DNA of 64,000 nucleotides from Macrostomum lignano (taxonomy: Eukaryota), in contig NIVC01000275.1 of assembly GCA_002269645.1 (NCBI GenBank), forward strand, positions 124,001 to 188,000. Direction: 5' to 3'. The notes beneath the pieces are model-generated. The model saw nothing but the letters and a program-made list of their open reading frames with translations, made no database searches and was not told the origin of the DNA. Shown here piece after piece: positions 12,058 to 25,500 of the stretch (its first letter is position 1; each line of letters begins with the position of its first letter). Both the position numbers and the translations under genes were made by a program.

Positions 12058-15000
12058 CAGTTAGTTAGTTAGTTAGTCAGTTAGTTAGTTAGTTAGTCAG
12101 TTAGTTAGTCAGTTAGTTAGTCAGTTAGTCAGTTAGTTAGTCAGTTAGTCAGTTAGTCAGTTAGTTAGTTAGTCAGTTAGTTAGTTAGTTAGTCAGTTAG
12201 TTAGTTAGTTAGTCAGTTAGTTAGTCAGTTAGTTAGTCAGTTAGTTAGTCAGTTAGTTAGTTAGTTAGTTAGTCAGTTAGTCAGTTAGTTAGTTAGTCAG
12301 TTAGTTAGTCAGTTAGTCAGTTAGTCAGTTAGTTAGTTAGTCAGTTAGTTAGTTAGTTAGTCAGTTAGTTAGTTAGTTAGTCAGTTAGTTAGTTAGTTAG
12401 TCAGTTAGTTAGTCAGTTAGTTAGTCAGTTAGTTAGTCAGTTAGTTAGTCAGTTAGTCAGTTAGTTAGTTAGTTAGTTAGTTAGTCAGTTAGTCAGTTAG
12501 TTAGTTAGTTAGTCAGTCAGTTAGTTAGTTAGTTAGTCAGTTAGTCAGTTAGTCAGTTAGTTAGTCAGTTAGTTAGTTAGTCAGTTAGTCAGTTAGTTAG
12601 TCAGTTAGTTAGTTAGTCAGTTAGTTAGTTAGTCAGTTAGTTAGTTAGTTAGTCAGTTAGTTAGTCAGTTAGTTAGTCAGTTAGTTAGTCAGTTAGTTAG
12701 TCAGTTAGTCAGTTAGTTAGTTAGTTAGTCAGTTAGTCAGTTAGTTAGTTAGTTAGTCAGTCAGTTAGTTAGTCAGTTAGTTAGTTAGTCAGTTAGAGTC
12801 AGTTAGTCAGTTAGTCAGTTAGTCAGTTAGTTAGTTAGTTGCATCCCCTTCTCCTGCAGACTGCGACAGGCTGGATTTTGCATATCCTCCAATGTGATGT
12901 TTGGGTGAATCTCGGAGCTCGCACTGGAAGCAGGCTTTGTTTTTTGTTTGGGTTAGCAACCAACTCCACCAGCTGGAAAGATATCTAAATCCCCAGCGCA
13001 CGCCCTCACCACAGAGCCAACCTGAGCAGGGACTACTTCACGGACAGGCAGGATCGCTACCTGTTGATCCGCGACGCGCCTCGCCTTTGCGACTTCCTGG
13101 AAAAGCTGGTCGACTGCGTGTCCGACGCGTCGGAACAGCTGAGCTCGGACGGCTGCCTGTCCCAGCCAGCCCGGCCGCCCGGCCAGTGGCTGGGAGATCG
13201 GGTTAACCGGCTTATCGCCGAATTCGCCACTAGCCAAGACTGCAGTGGAGAGTCGGACTCCACCGTCTATGCCATGGTGCAGATGGGGCCCATGGGAGTG
13301 TGCGATGACGCCTACGCCACCCAGCGGCTGCTGCACCAGCTGCCTCAGCTGCTTCAGACTGGCCAGCATCAGCTGCACCTGGCGTCTGGCTATTTCAATC
13401 TGACTGACGACTTCACTGAGGCTCTGCTGACTGCGCCACAGCAGCTGAGGGTTCTGTGTGCATCGCCTGCTGTGAGTGCCGGGTCATTGCGGTTTGTGTG
13501 TCTGTCTGCCGCTGTTGAGTCTGACTGAGTGTCCGTCTTCTGTGCTCTGTCTCAGTACCTGTCTCTGTGTCTCTGTCCGAGTGCCTGTATTTTGTGTGCT
13601 GTGTCTCAGTACCTGTCCGAGTGCCTGTCTTTTGTGTGCTGTGTCTCAGTACCTGTCCGAGTGCCTGTCTTGTGTGCTGTGTCTCTGTACCTGTCTGAGT
13701 GCCTGTCTTTTGTGTGCTGTGTCTCAATACCTGTCCGAGTGCCTGTCTTTTGTGTGCTGTGTCTCTGTACCTGTCCGAGTGCCTGTATTTTGTGTGCTGT
13801 GTCTCAGTACCTGTCTGAGTGTCTGTATTTTGTGTGCGGTGTCTCAATACCTGTCCGAGTGCCTGTCTTTTGTGTGCTGTGTCTCAGTACCTGTCCGAGT
13901 GCCTGTCTTTTGTGTGCTGTGTCTCAGTACCTGTCCGAGTGCCTGTCTTGTGTGCTGTGTCTCTGTACCTGTCTGAGTGCCTGTCTTTTGTGTGCTGTGT
14001 CTCAATACCTGTCCGAGTGCCTGTCTTTTGTGTGCTGTGTCTCTGTACCTGTCCGAGTGCCTGTATTTTGTGTGCTGTGTCTCAGTACCTGTCTGAGTGT
14101 CTGTATTTTGTGTGCTGTGTCTCAATACCTGTCCGAGTGCCTGTCTTGTGTGCTGTGTCTCTGTACCTGTCCGAGTGTCTGTCTTTTGTGTGCTGTGTCT
14201 CTGTACCTGTCCGAGTGCCTGTCTTGTGTGCTGTGTCTCAGTACCTGTCCGAGTGCCTGTCTTGTGTGCTGTGTCTCTGTACCTGTCTGAGTGCCTGTCT
14301 TTTGTGTGCTGTGTCTCAGTACCTGTCCGAGTGCCTGTCTTTTGTGTGCTGTGTCTCAATACCTGTCCGAGTGCCTGTCTTTTGTGTGCTGTGTCTCTGT
14401 ACCTGTCCGAGTGCCTGTATTTTGTGTGCTATGTCTCAGTACCTGTCTGAGTGTCTGTATTTTGTGTGCTGTGTCTCAGTACCTGTCCGAGTGTCTGTCT
14501 TGTGTGCTGTGTCTCTGTACCTGTCCGAGTGTCTGTCTTTCGTGTGCTGTGTCTCTGTACCTGTCCGAGTGCCTGTCTTGTGTGCTGTGTCTCTGTACCT
14601 GTCCGAGTGCCTGTCTTTTGTGTGCTGTGTCTCAGTACCTGTCCGAGTGTCTGTCTTGTGTGCTGTGTCTCTGTACCTGTCCGAGTGTCTGTCTTTTGTG
14701 TGCTGTGTCTCTGTACCTGTCCGAGTGCCTGTCTTGTGTGCTGTGTCTCTGTACCTGTCCGAGTGCCTGTCTTTTGTGTGCTGTGTCTCTGTACCTGTCC
14801 GAGTGTCTGTATTTTGTGTGCTATGTCTCAGTACCTGTCTGAGTGTCTGTATTTTGTGTGCTGTGTCTCAGTACCTGTCCGAGTGTCTGTCTTGTGTGCT
14901 GTGTCTCTGTACCTGTCCGAGTGTCTGTCTTTTGTGTGCTGTGTCTCTGTACCTGTCCGAGTGCCTGTCTTGTGTGCTGTGTCTCTGTACCTGTCCGAGT

Positions 15001-16311
15001 GCCTGTCTTTTGTGTGCTGTGTCTCAGTACCTGTCCGAGTGTATGTCTTGTGTGCTGTCTCTGTACCTGTCCGAGTGCCTGTCTTGTGTGCTGTGTCTCT
15101 GTACCTGTCCGAGTGCCTGTCTTTTGTGTGCTGTGTCTCAGTACCTGTCCGAGTGTCTGTCTTGTGTGCTGTGTCTCTGTACCTGTCCGAGTGTCTGTCT
15201 TTTGTGTGCTCTGTCTCAGTACCTGTCTGAGTGTCTGTCTCCTGTGTGCTATGTCTCAGTACCTGTCTGAGTGTCTGTCTTTTGTGTGCTGTGTCTCAGT
15301 ACCTGTCCGAGTGCCTGTCTTGTGTGCTGTGTCTCTGTACCTGTCCGAGTGTCTGTCTTTTGTGTGCTGTGTCTCTGTACCTGTCCGAGTGCCTGTCTTG
15401 TGTGCTGTGTCTCAGTACCTGTCCGAGTGCCTGTCTTGTGTGCTGTGTCTCTGTACCTGTCCGAGTGTCTGTCTTTTGTGTGCTGTGTCTCTGTACCTGT
15501 CCGAGTGCCTGTCTTGTGTGCTGTGTCTCTGTACCTGTCCGAGTGTCTGTCTTTTGTGTGCTGTGTCTCAGTACCTGTCTTAGTGTCTGTCTCCTGTGTG
15601 CTCTGTTTCAGTACCTGTCCTGTGTGTCTGTCTGTGTCTTCTGTGTCTGTTGAGTTCTGTCTTAATGCCTGTCTGTCTGTCCAAGTGCGTCTCTTCTGCT
15701 CCTGAGCCTGTCGGACTGTCTTTCGACTTTCGAATCTGTCTTCAGTATCCTTTGTGTTTAAGTGTCTGTCCCCTGTATCTGATCGAGTCTGTCTGTCGTG
15801 TCTTAACCAACCTTCTGAACCTGTCTAAACTAATATGCACTCTTTCCGCCTCCGCCTCCCCCCACAGGCCAACAGCTTCTACAAGTCGACCGGGCCCTCC
15901 TACTTCATCCCGGCCGCCTACAGTCAGCTCGAGCGGCAGTTTCTTGCCGCCGCTGCGAAGCTGCGCAGACCGGCAGCAGAAGCGGCGCAGCCCAGTCTGC
16001 TGGCCGAGTACGCGCGGCCCGGCTGGACCTTCCACGCCAAGGGCCTGTGGCTCGGCGACCGCGCCGGCCAGCGGGTCGGCCTGACCCTCGTCGGCTCGTC
16101 CAACTTCGGCTACCGGACGCGGCTGCGCGATTTGGAAGTCCAGTTCGGCCTGGCCACCGACTGCGACCGGCTGGCCGCCCGCCTGGCCGAGGAGCGGGAC
16201 GGCTTGTTCCAGCACGGCCAGCCCGTCTCCATGGCAACGTTGAATGCGGCGGATAGGAGAGCACCGGCCTGGCTGCGACTGGCCATGCCCGCGTTTAAGA
16301 CTTACTGCTAG
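11078..16311 (+). CDS. PGS1: CDP-diacylglycerol--glycerol-3-phosphate 3-phosphatidyltransferase (phosphatidylglycerophosphate synthase 1). Exons 11078-11179, 11258-11655, 13015-13471, 15868-16311 (466 aa)
   Basis: Spliced product reads NLLPAFRV...[11 protein letters not shown]|[47 protein letters not shown] (HKD), SG|[19 protein letters not shown]|ANSFY...[33 protein letters not shown] sites with matching phases; total 1401 nt. Confidence 0.95.
11695..12841. repeat. (GTTA/GTCA)n compound tetranucleotide microsatellite, PGS1 intron 2
   Basis: Directly visible. Confidence 0.97.
13525..15620. repeat. 38/40-bp minisatellite GTGCCTGTCT(TT)TGTGTGCTGTGTCTC(A/T)GTACCTGTCCGA, PGS1 intron 3
   Basis: About 50 tandem units in two length variants. 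Confidence 0.95.
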
Positions 16312-16324
16312 TTTGGGCTGATCG

Positions 16325-16362
16325 ACTGACAGACAGACAGACGCAGACAGACAGGCACACTA

Positions 16363-16399
<37 letters not shown>

Positions 16400-16850
16400 G
16401 CAGACACACGCAGACAGACAGACAGAAACAGACAGACAGACAGACAGCAGACACACGCAGGCAGACACAGACAGACAGACAGACAGCAGACACACGCAGG
16501 CAGACACAGACAGACAGACAGACAGCAGACACACGCAGGCAGACACAGACAGACAGACAGACAGCAGACACACGCAGGCAGACACAGACAGACAGACAGA
16601 CAGCAGACACACGCTGGCAGACAGACAGACAGCAGACACACGCTGGCAGACAGACAGACAGACAGCAGACACACGCTGGCAGACAGACAGACAGACAGGA
16701 GACAGACAGACAGACAGCAGTCACACGCTGGCAGACAGACAGACAGACAGGAGACAGACAGCAGACACACGCAGTCAGACAGGCAAGCAGACACTAAGAC
16801 AGACAGACGGGCAGGCAGACAGACGGACAGGCACACACAGTCATATAGCC
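16325..16850. repeat. (CAGA)n-based compound repeat downstream of the PGS1 stop
   Basis: Directly visible. Confidence 0.9.
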
Positions 16851-17179
16851 ACTGAGACACGAGCGTATACTCTAAGACAAGACAAGTAGACAACAGCGTC
16901 AGTCAATCCGTGTTCGGTGCTGTCACTTCAAATGGGTATCATTTAATAAGCGTTTTTTAGTTGCCCATCTTTTAAACTTGTTTACAACTTCTCTGATTTA
17001 CCGATGTACAAAAAATACTTGCTATATTACCATTTTTGAAATTCTAGGTTTCTTATTTTAATTTCACAAGTAAAAAAAATTTAGTAGCTCCAGTTGAAAG
17101 CGTCTTTCAAATAAAATCTGGTTATTTTTATTTATTTGTGCATTCGCATATCTTAAACTCGAATTGAGACACGATGATG

Positions 17180-18315
17180 ACATTGGGTCATGGAGACAAA
17201 GACATGAGATCATAGAGGGTCATAAAGACATGAACATGGGGTCATTGAGGCAATGCACAGGGTCATAGAGGCAATGCATTTGGTTATAGAGGCAATGCAT
17301 AGGGTCATAGAGGCAAGGCATAGGGTCATAGCGGCAATGTATAGGGTCAAAAGCAATGTATAGGATCATAAAGGCAAGGCTTAGGATCATAGAGGAAATG
17401 TATATGGTCATTGAGGCAATGCATATGGTCATAGAGGCAGGGCATAGGGTCATTAAGGCAAGGCATAGGGTCATAGAGGCAGGGCATAGGGTCATTGAGG
17501 CAGGGCATAGGGTCATAGAGGCAAGGCATAGGGTCATAGCGGCAATGTATAGGGTCAAAAGCAATGTATAGGATCATAAAGGCAAGGCTTAGGATCATAG
17601 AGGAAATGTATATGGTCATTGAGGCAATGCATATGGTCATAGAGGCAGGGCATAGGGTCATTAAGGCAAGGCATAGGGTCATTAAGGCAAGGCATAGGGT
17701 CATAGAGGCAGGGCATAGGGTCATAGAGGCAGGGCATAGGGTCATTGAGGCAGGGCATAGGGTCATTGACGCAATGTATATCGTCATTGAGGCAATGCAT
17801 ATGCTCATAGAGGCAGGGCATAGGGTCATTGAGGCAAGGCATAGGGTCATTGAGGCAGGGCATAGGGTCATAGAGGCAAGGCATAGGGTCATAGCGGCAA
17901 TGTATAGGGTCAAAAGCAATGCATAGGATCATAAAGGCAAGGCTTAGGATCATAGAGGAAATGTATATGGTCATTGAGGCAATGCATATGGTCATAGAGG
18001 CAGGGCATAGGGTCATTAAGGCAAGGCATAGGGTCATAGAGGCAGGGCATAGGGTCATTGAGGCAGGGCATAGGGTCATTGACGCAATGTATATCGTCAT
18101 TGAGGCAATGCATAAGGTCATAGAGGCAAGGCATAGGGTCATAGAGGCAATGCATAAGGTCATAGAGGCAAGGCATAGGGTCATAGAGGCAAGGCATAGG
18201 GTCATAGAGGCAATGCATAAGGTCATAGAGGCAAGGCATAGGGTCATAGAGGCAAGGCATAGGGTCATAGAGGCAATGCATAAGGTCATAGAGGCAAGGC
18301 ATAGGGTCATAGAGG
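17180..18315. repeat. 21-bp minisatellite GAGGCA(A/G)GGCATAGGGTCAT(A/T) with higher-order blocks
   Basis: Tandem 21-mers; a marker variant AAGCAATG.ATAGGATC recurs at 17351, 17559 and 17914. Confidence 0.93.
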
Positions 18316-18431
18316 CCACTGTCAGACAGACCATAAAGATATGGTTCATACAGATAGGAACTGATAGTTGGGTGGATATCTAACAGCATGTATCGCAATG
18401 CCGCCTGTAACTGCATGTTCCAGCCTCCAAG

Positions 18432-19609
18432 ATGTTCAGCAGCGGTAACAACATGGAGAAGCACCTGTTTAACTTGAAATTCGCCGCCAAAGACTTGGAG
18501 CGAAACGCTAAGAAATGCGAGAAAGACGAAAAGGTTGAGAAGAACAAGCTGAAAACGGCTATTCAGAAGGGCAACATGGAAGGCGCGAAGATTCACGCCG
18601 AGAATTCCATACGGCAGAAAAATCAGGCGCTCAATTATCGCCGCATGGCCTCGAGAATTGACGCCGTGGCCGCTCGGTGCAGACTGCCGTCACCACCAAA
18701 CAGGTGGGCCTTGGTGGATGAGAGGGCTGGCTTGAGTAGGTTAAGTAGGTGGAGGTCGGGTTGTACAACTGTTGACAGGCATTTGTAGATTGAGTAGATG
18801 AGTATACAGGTATTAGTATATTTTGTAGACAGACATTGGTAGATTAGGTAGACAGCTATCGGTAAATTGGGTAGACAGGCATTTTTAGGTTGGGTAGACA
18901 AGCATTGGTAGGTTGGGTAGACGGCATAAGTAGGTTGGGTAGACAGACATTGGTAGATTAGGTAGACAGGTATTGGTAGGTTGGGTAGACAGGCATCGGT
19001 AGGTTGGGTAGACAGGCATCGGTAGGTTGGGTAGACAGGCATTTTCAGGTTGGGTAGACAGGCAAAAGTAGGTTGGTTAGACAGACATTGGTAGGCTGGG
19101 TAGACAGACATTGGTAGGCTCGGTAGACAGACATTGGTAGGCTAGGTAGACAGACATTGGTAGGTTGGGTAGAGCAGAGTGTATCCATCTACTCTACTAC
19201 CCTGAAGTACGCAATAACACTACTGAAAGAAGAATCTAAACTGGACATCCATAACCGGCCCAACAGGTCACCAAGAGCATGGCCGGCGTGGTGAAGGGCA
19301 TGGAGGCGGCCATGAAGAGCATGAACCTGGAGCAGATCTCCCAGCTGATGGACAGATTCGAACGCGAATTCGAAAATCTCGACGTCCAATCGCAGGTGAT
19401 GGAGGGCACCATGTGCAACACATCCACTCTGACTGCGCCCGAGGGCGAGGTGAACATGCTGATGCAGGAGGCCGCCGACGAGGCCGGCATCGAGATCAAG
19501 ATGCAGCTGCCCGATGGCGGTAAATCCACCGTTGGCACCGCCACCGCCAGCGGCGAACAGGTTGGTCATCCTGGCTTGTCTAGCTAGTTAGTTAGTCAGT
19601 TAGTTAGTC

Positions 19610-19644
<35 letters not shown>

Positions 19645-19753
19645 CAGTTAGTCAGTTAGTTAGTCAGTTAGTTATTTAGCTAGCTAGTTAGTTAGTTAGT
19701 TAGTTGGTTAGTTAGTTAGTTAGTTAGTCAGTTAGTTAGTCAGTTAGTTAGTC

Positions 19754-19824
<71 letters not shown>

Positions 19825-20390
19825 CAGTTAGTTAGTCAGTTAGTTAGTTAGTTAGTTAGTTAGTCAGTTAGTCAGTTAGTTAGTCAGTTAGTTATTTAGC
19901 TAGCTAGTTAGTTAGTTAGTTAGTTGGTTAGTTAGTTAGTCAGTTATTCAGTTAGTTAGTCAGTTAGTTAGTTAGTTAGTTAGCTAGCTAGTTAGTTAGT
20001 CAGTTAGTTAGCTAGCTAGTCAGTTAGTTAGTCAGTTAGTTAGTCAGTTAGTCAGTCAGTCAGTTAGTCAGTCAGTTAGTTAGTTAGTTAGTTAGTCAGT
20101 TAGTTAGTTAGTCAGTTAGTTAGTCAGTCAGTTAGTTAGTTAGTTAGTTAGCTAGTTAGTTAGTTAGTTAGTTAGTCAGTTAGTTAGTTAGTTAGTTAGT
20201 TAGTCAGTTAGTTAGTTAGTTAGTTAGTCAGTTAGTCAGTCAGGCCAGGCAATCAGTCAGTCAGTCAGTCAGTCAGTCAGTCAGTTAACCCTAAGGAAAG
20301 GCCCCCATCGGCAGTGATCTGATGCAACACTGAATTCCCTAATTCCAGGACGAGCTGTCGCAGCGCTTGGCCGCACTGCGTCAGAACTGA
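18432..20390 (+). CDS. CHMP1: Charged multivesicular body protein 1 (ESCRT-III, CHMP1B-like). Exons 18432-18703, 19267-19560, 20349-20390; one base missing near 18677
   Basis: MEKHLFNLKFAAKDLERNAKKCEKDEKVEK...GNMEGAKIHAENSIRQKNQALNY.RMASRIDAVAAR, then (after +1 nt) VQTAVTTKQ|VTKSMAGVVK...MNLEQIS.LMD.FE..FENLDVQ...EAADEAG...|DELSQRLAALRQN* (MIM1 motif). GT-AG sites, all phase 0. Confidence 0.93.
18820..19172. repeat. About 23-bp minisatellite GGTAGGTTGGGTAGACAG(G/A)CAT(T), CHMP1 intron
   Basis: Tandem imperfect units. Confidence 0.85.
19585..20285. repeat. (GTTA/GTCA)n microsatellite, last CHMP1 intron
   Basis: Directly visible. Confidence 0.97.
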
Positions 20391-20934
20391 TTGGCCAATG
20401 GGGTTTGGCCATGCGAAGAACTCTGTGTACTTTCGCACCAACCCAATCGGTTTCATTAATTTGTCATTGAATTCGTAAAACAGATTTTACGGTTGACGCA
20501 GTTCTCCTAATTAAAATTTCGTTTTTTTTTAGTTACTAAAAGACTGTGTATGAATATGAATATGACCTGTATAACATAAGTTTGTATTGATTGTATATTG
20601 CTCATTTATCATATGCATGCATATTTATATATTCTGGATAGCGCTGGCTCTGCCCAGCTAAAAGAACCAGTTTTAAGTTATTACTCAGATTTAAGTAAAA
20701 CAAATATTTACCTTCTGAATATACTGCAATCTGCTTTCGGTTATCTGTTTTGTCTATTTTCAAAAAACTAATAAACGCTATCAATAGAAGATGAGTTAAG
20801 TTGCTTAATTTTTTAACGCGTCATTGCTGCGGTATGCTCGCACGCGGTTATTATAGAATTGCGTTTTTTGATACTTTTGACTACCATTTATTTAATCGCA
20901 ACATTGTGAAACTAAAAGGCATCTTTTGAAAAAA

Positions 20935-21555
20935 TCGCCCTATCCGCCCCGGAGGATCGCTTCAATCCACACCGGAGAATCCCCAATATACACCGGAGAA
21001 TCGCCCCAAACCACACCGGAGAATCGCCCCAATCCACACCGGAGAATCGCCCCAATCCACACAGGAGAATCGCCCCAATTCACACTGATAAATCGCCCCA
21101 ATCCACACTGATAAATCGCCCCAATCCACACTGGAGAGTCGCCCCAATCCACACTGATAAATCGCCCCAATCCACACTGATAAATCGCCCCAATCCACAC
21201 GGAGAATCGCCCCAATCCACACTGGAGAATCGCCCCAATCCACACTGGAGAATCGCCCCAATTCACACTGATAAATCGCCCCAATCCACACGGAGAATCG
21301 CCCCAATCCACACTGGAGAATCGCCCCAATTCACACTGATAAATCGCTCCAATCCACCGGAGAATCGCCCCAATCCACACTGATAAATCGCCCCAATCCA
21401 CTTTTGGGGCGATCCACTCCATTGCCGATAAATGTGCAATCCACTTTTGCACACCGGAGAATCGCCCAAATCCACACCGGAGAATCGCCCCAATCCACAC
21501 CGGAGAATCGCCCAAATCCACACCGGAGAATCGTTCAATCCACTCCGGAGAATCG
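20935..21555. repeat. About 23-bp minisatellite AATCGCCCCAATCCACAC(CGGAG/TGATA) between the CHMP1 and PDIA3 3' ends
   Basis: Tandem imperfect units. Confidence 0.9.
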
Positions 21556-22520
21556 CATTGACTGCTTTGATTTTTTTTATCTTATAAACAGTTGTAGTCA
21601 AACGAAATCGATTTTAAGATGACTGCATCGATTCAGCTTGGGTCGCCCTCAATAAAATAGTATCTAGGCCTTCAAAACTATATTTAATAAGCGGAAAAAC
21701 GACCGTCCAGGTTTTAAATGCAGCGCATCAATCAGAATCCAGGGCGGATCAATTGTTGTACTTGTTGTTTGCGCTGATAGAAATTTAAGGTGAGGCATCG
21801 GTTCGCCGATTCGGTTCGATTTTATTTATAAATTTGACGCAATTGTGATTTTGTACTAGCTTGTAACTTTAGTAACAATAAATATGATAAATAATAAACA
21901 ATAACTCGCTTTAGGCACACAACACGCTGGCAAATAAACAGAATCGACCACCATTGCAGAGATGTAAAATAGCAATTAGATAGTAGAAAAATTTCTATAG
22001 TCATAAACTGCGTGCTGCTATGCTTACCAGAAACCGGGGATTAACAGTGGGTTAAGAATAATTTATGCTAATTATATAACCAGCTATGCAGCTACAGCTT
22101 CAACCAAACACGGACAGGCAGACAGTTATATAGAGAGAAAAGGTACAACAAAGAGCTAGAAAAACAAAGACAGAAAAATGGTTGATATTTTTGATTGAAA
22201 TTGGCTCGCAGACCCGGGGATAAGTGAGTGAACAGGAAGTTGCTGCTTTCGCGGTGATTAATGTAAGCGATAAACATAGGCATCCAGTTTGGCAGATTAT
22301 CTTGGATCTGTATTAACAGTCTAAAAGGAAATCGTGAATTATGTTACTAAGCACTGGTAGGCAACAGAATGGATTGATTAGCATAAATTTGTCTTTGTTT
22401 TCAAATAACAGTGAGCAGTGGTTTGAGTAGCGCGGCGATGGAAGCCAGTGGTTGCCAGTAGTGAATGACAGCACAGCTAATGGTAGAAGCTAACAGAGAT
22501 GTCAATCAATCAGACAGGCC

Positions 22521-25500
22521 TTACAGGTCCTGCTTTTTCCTGTTGCCAGCCCGGTCGTAGCCGCGCAGCTCATCGGTGGCCTCCTTGGCCAGGTAGGTGA
22601 TGAAGTCGTTCACCTCGCGGCCGCCCTGGTACTGCTTCGGCTGCGACTTGCCGCCCTTCGGCGCGAAGTAGATCGTCGGGAAGCCGCGCACATCGTAAGG
22701 CGGCGGCACGTCGTTGGCGGTGGCGTCCATCTTGGCGATGACCAGGTCGGTCTCGCCGGACAGTTTCTCGGCCAGCTCATCGTATTTCGGGGCCAGGGAT
22801 TTGCAGTGGCCGCACCAGGGCGCGTAGAACTCGATCAGCACGTCCTTGGTGGGGTCGTTGACCAGCTTGTCGAAGTTCTTGGCTACGGCAATCTTCACCG
22901 GGGCAGACTGGGACTCGGGCTCCGGCTCCGACTTCAGGTAGGGCGTGAGCCGTCCGGCCTGCATGTCGGTCAGGAAAGCGTCGAACGCGTCCATGCTGCG
23001 GGAATTGAAATTTGTCATTTTTTAGTTTTTTTTAAATGCTCCAATCAGACTACTGCCGCGGCAGGGTGAGTAGAAAGTATGGAGTTTTAATTCAATATTT
23101 ATGAATCAATACCCAAAGGCTGAGTCATGATAAACATAGCCAGGTAAACTGTATTAAAGAGAAAGGAGACAAAAGCCTCCCCAGGACTACCGTGGGGGCG
23201 GGCGGCGGACTACCAGCTGTTGCGAATTCGTTTGCGACGCGTGGCACAGGATTAAGAATGGGGTCAGCAATGTCTATTTCTTGAATTTTATTAGTCAGCA
23301 GAAATTCATGCCGGGAGAAGGGGGCAGTTAGAGGCAAACCGGCAGAAACTGCACGTTCCAATGAGCAAAAATTCACCTGTACGAAAATGCATTAAGAACG
23401 CATAACTTCCTTTATACGAAATGGTTCCGCCGACACACAAATTTTCCCTTTGTGAAAATATACAGGCATGAAGCATTTAATAATTCTGGTTATGAAGGCA
23501 ACCCGGATCACCAGCTAGATAAGGAAAATTCTCAAAAAAATACAATGAATAAAACTAAGAGAAAAGTCTTACAACTTTGACGCGCGACCCTGGCTGTTTT
23601 TAAGAAATAAAATAATTGGCATGGCAATCACAGTTACCGGTAGAGTTGTTTGTTTTGTTGGTGAAATAACACAAAAAAGCAAGCGATCGGGCAAGGAGGC
23701 GAGGCAATAGGGCAAGGAGCCTGGGCGATGGGGCAAGGAGGCTGGGCGATGGAGCAAGGAGGCTGGGCGATAGGGAAGGAGCCTGGGCGATGGGGCAAGG
23801 AGGCTGGGCGATAGGGAAGGAGCCTGGGCGATGGGGCAAGGAGGCAGGGTGACTCAAAGGCACTCACGTGAAATCCTCGGCCATCTTAAACTTCTGGCCC
23901 TTGTCATTCTTGGCGGCCACGTAAACTTTCTGCTCGTCGGGCGAGTCGACGCCAAACTCAGACAGCTCGAAACTCATGGCCTTGCTGTTGGCAACTGAGA
24001 AGTGCAGGCCGGTGCCGGTGTACTTCTTAGCGACCTTCATGATGCGATTGCGCCAGTAGTTCGTGCCCTTGGGATTGCGCTCGTAGTCAACACCGTAGTA
24101 GGCCGTGACCAGGGGCTGCTTGAAGTACTTGCTGTTGCCCGAGGTGCGGTGGCCCACCATGCCGTAGCTGGATGAGGGAACGGGGTGGACGCTGTGGTCA
24201 GCCAAACTATTTTCCTGAAAGCTTAAAACTTTCCCACAAAGTTTAAAACTTCCCCGCAAAGCTCAAAACTTCCCCACAAAGCTCAAAACTTCCCCACAAA
24301 GCTCGAAACTTCCCCACAAAGCTCAAAACTTCCCCTCAAAACTGCCACACAGAGCTCCAAACTTCCTCGCAAAGCTCAAAACTTCCCAACAAAGCTCAAA
24401 ACTTCCCAACAAAGCTCAAAACTTCCCCACAAAGCTCAAAACTTCCCCACAAAGCTCAAAACTTCACCACAAAGCTCGAAACTTCCCCACAAAGCTCAAA
24501 ACTTCCCCTCAAAACTGCCACACAGAGCTCCAAACTTCCTCGCAAAGCTCAAAACTTCCCAACAAAGCTCAAAACTTCCCAACAAAGCTCAAAACTTCCC
24601 AACAAAGCTCAAAACTTCCCAACAAAGCTCAAAACTTCCCAACAAAGCTCAAAACTTCCCAACAAAGCTCAAAACTTCCCAACAAAGCTCAAAACTTCCC
24701 AACAAAGCTCAAAACTTCCCAACAAAGCTCAAAACTTCCCCACAAAGCTCAAAACTTCTCTGCAAAGCTAAAAAAATTTACGCTGGAACTCATAAGGTCC
24801 AGCTGTTTGCAACCAAAAGCTCACATGTTAGCCTCAATCCAGGCGCGCAGAGCTCCGGAGTCCATGGCGCCACTGTAGGCCAGTTTGTTGTCCTCAAACT
24901 TACTCTGCAGCACAGTTGGCCGCATAATCACAACCTGATCGTTGAAGCCGAATTTCGAGTTGATGTCAGCCGAGACGCTGTGGGCAAAGGCGAAATCCTC
25001 GCTCAGAGAGTCGGCAGCCTGCTTGAAGGCGGACAGGCCGCTGGCCGACTCGCTAGAGAAGAAGGCGACCACAAATGGCTCCTGTCCGGCCATCAGCTTG
25101 TCCAGGCCGCTGGCGTCTTTCAGCAGCCGGCTGGAGGGCCCGGCCTTGGACTTCATGTACTTCACGATGCCGTCCGCCTCGCGCGGCCCGTTGTAGTCAG
25201 AGGAGACCTCGCCGTTCTTGAAGATTTTCAGCGTGGGATAGCCGCTCACTCCGTATTTGCCGCACACGGCAGTCTCGGCTGTGCAGTCAACTTTCACCAG
25301 CGGTACAGGCGGATCGCTCGACTTCAACCGGGTGGCCGCCTCCTCGTACTGGGGCGCCAGGCGCTTGCAGTGGCCGCACCTGACCGGAGATTAGCAATGT
25401 AGATTTCAGTCACTTTCAGTCACTATCAATTTTGGCACCAAATAGCATGCAGAAAAAAATATTCAGAAGTTGGTTAATAATTGTAATCACTGTGAGCTCA

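Noticed and set aside
13413-15705. Long Cys/Val/Leu-rich ORFs (up to 483 aa)
   Set aside because: Translations of the 38/40-bp intronic minisatellite inside PGS1 intron 3.
18677-18682. Alternative splicing at CG|GTGCAG to rescue the CHMP1 frame
   Set aside because: It would need a phase-2 acceptor and would delete the conserved VQTAVT; the downstream acceptor at 19265-19266 is phase 0.
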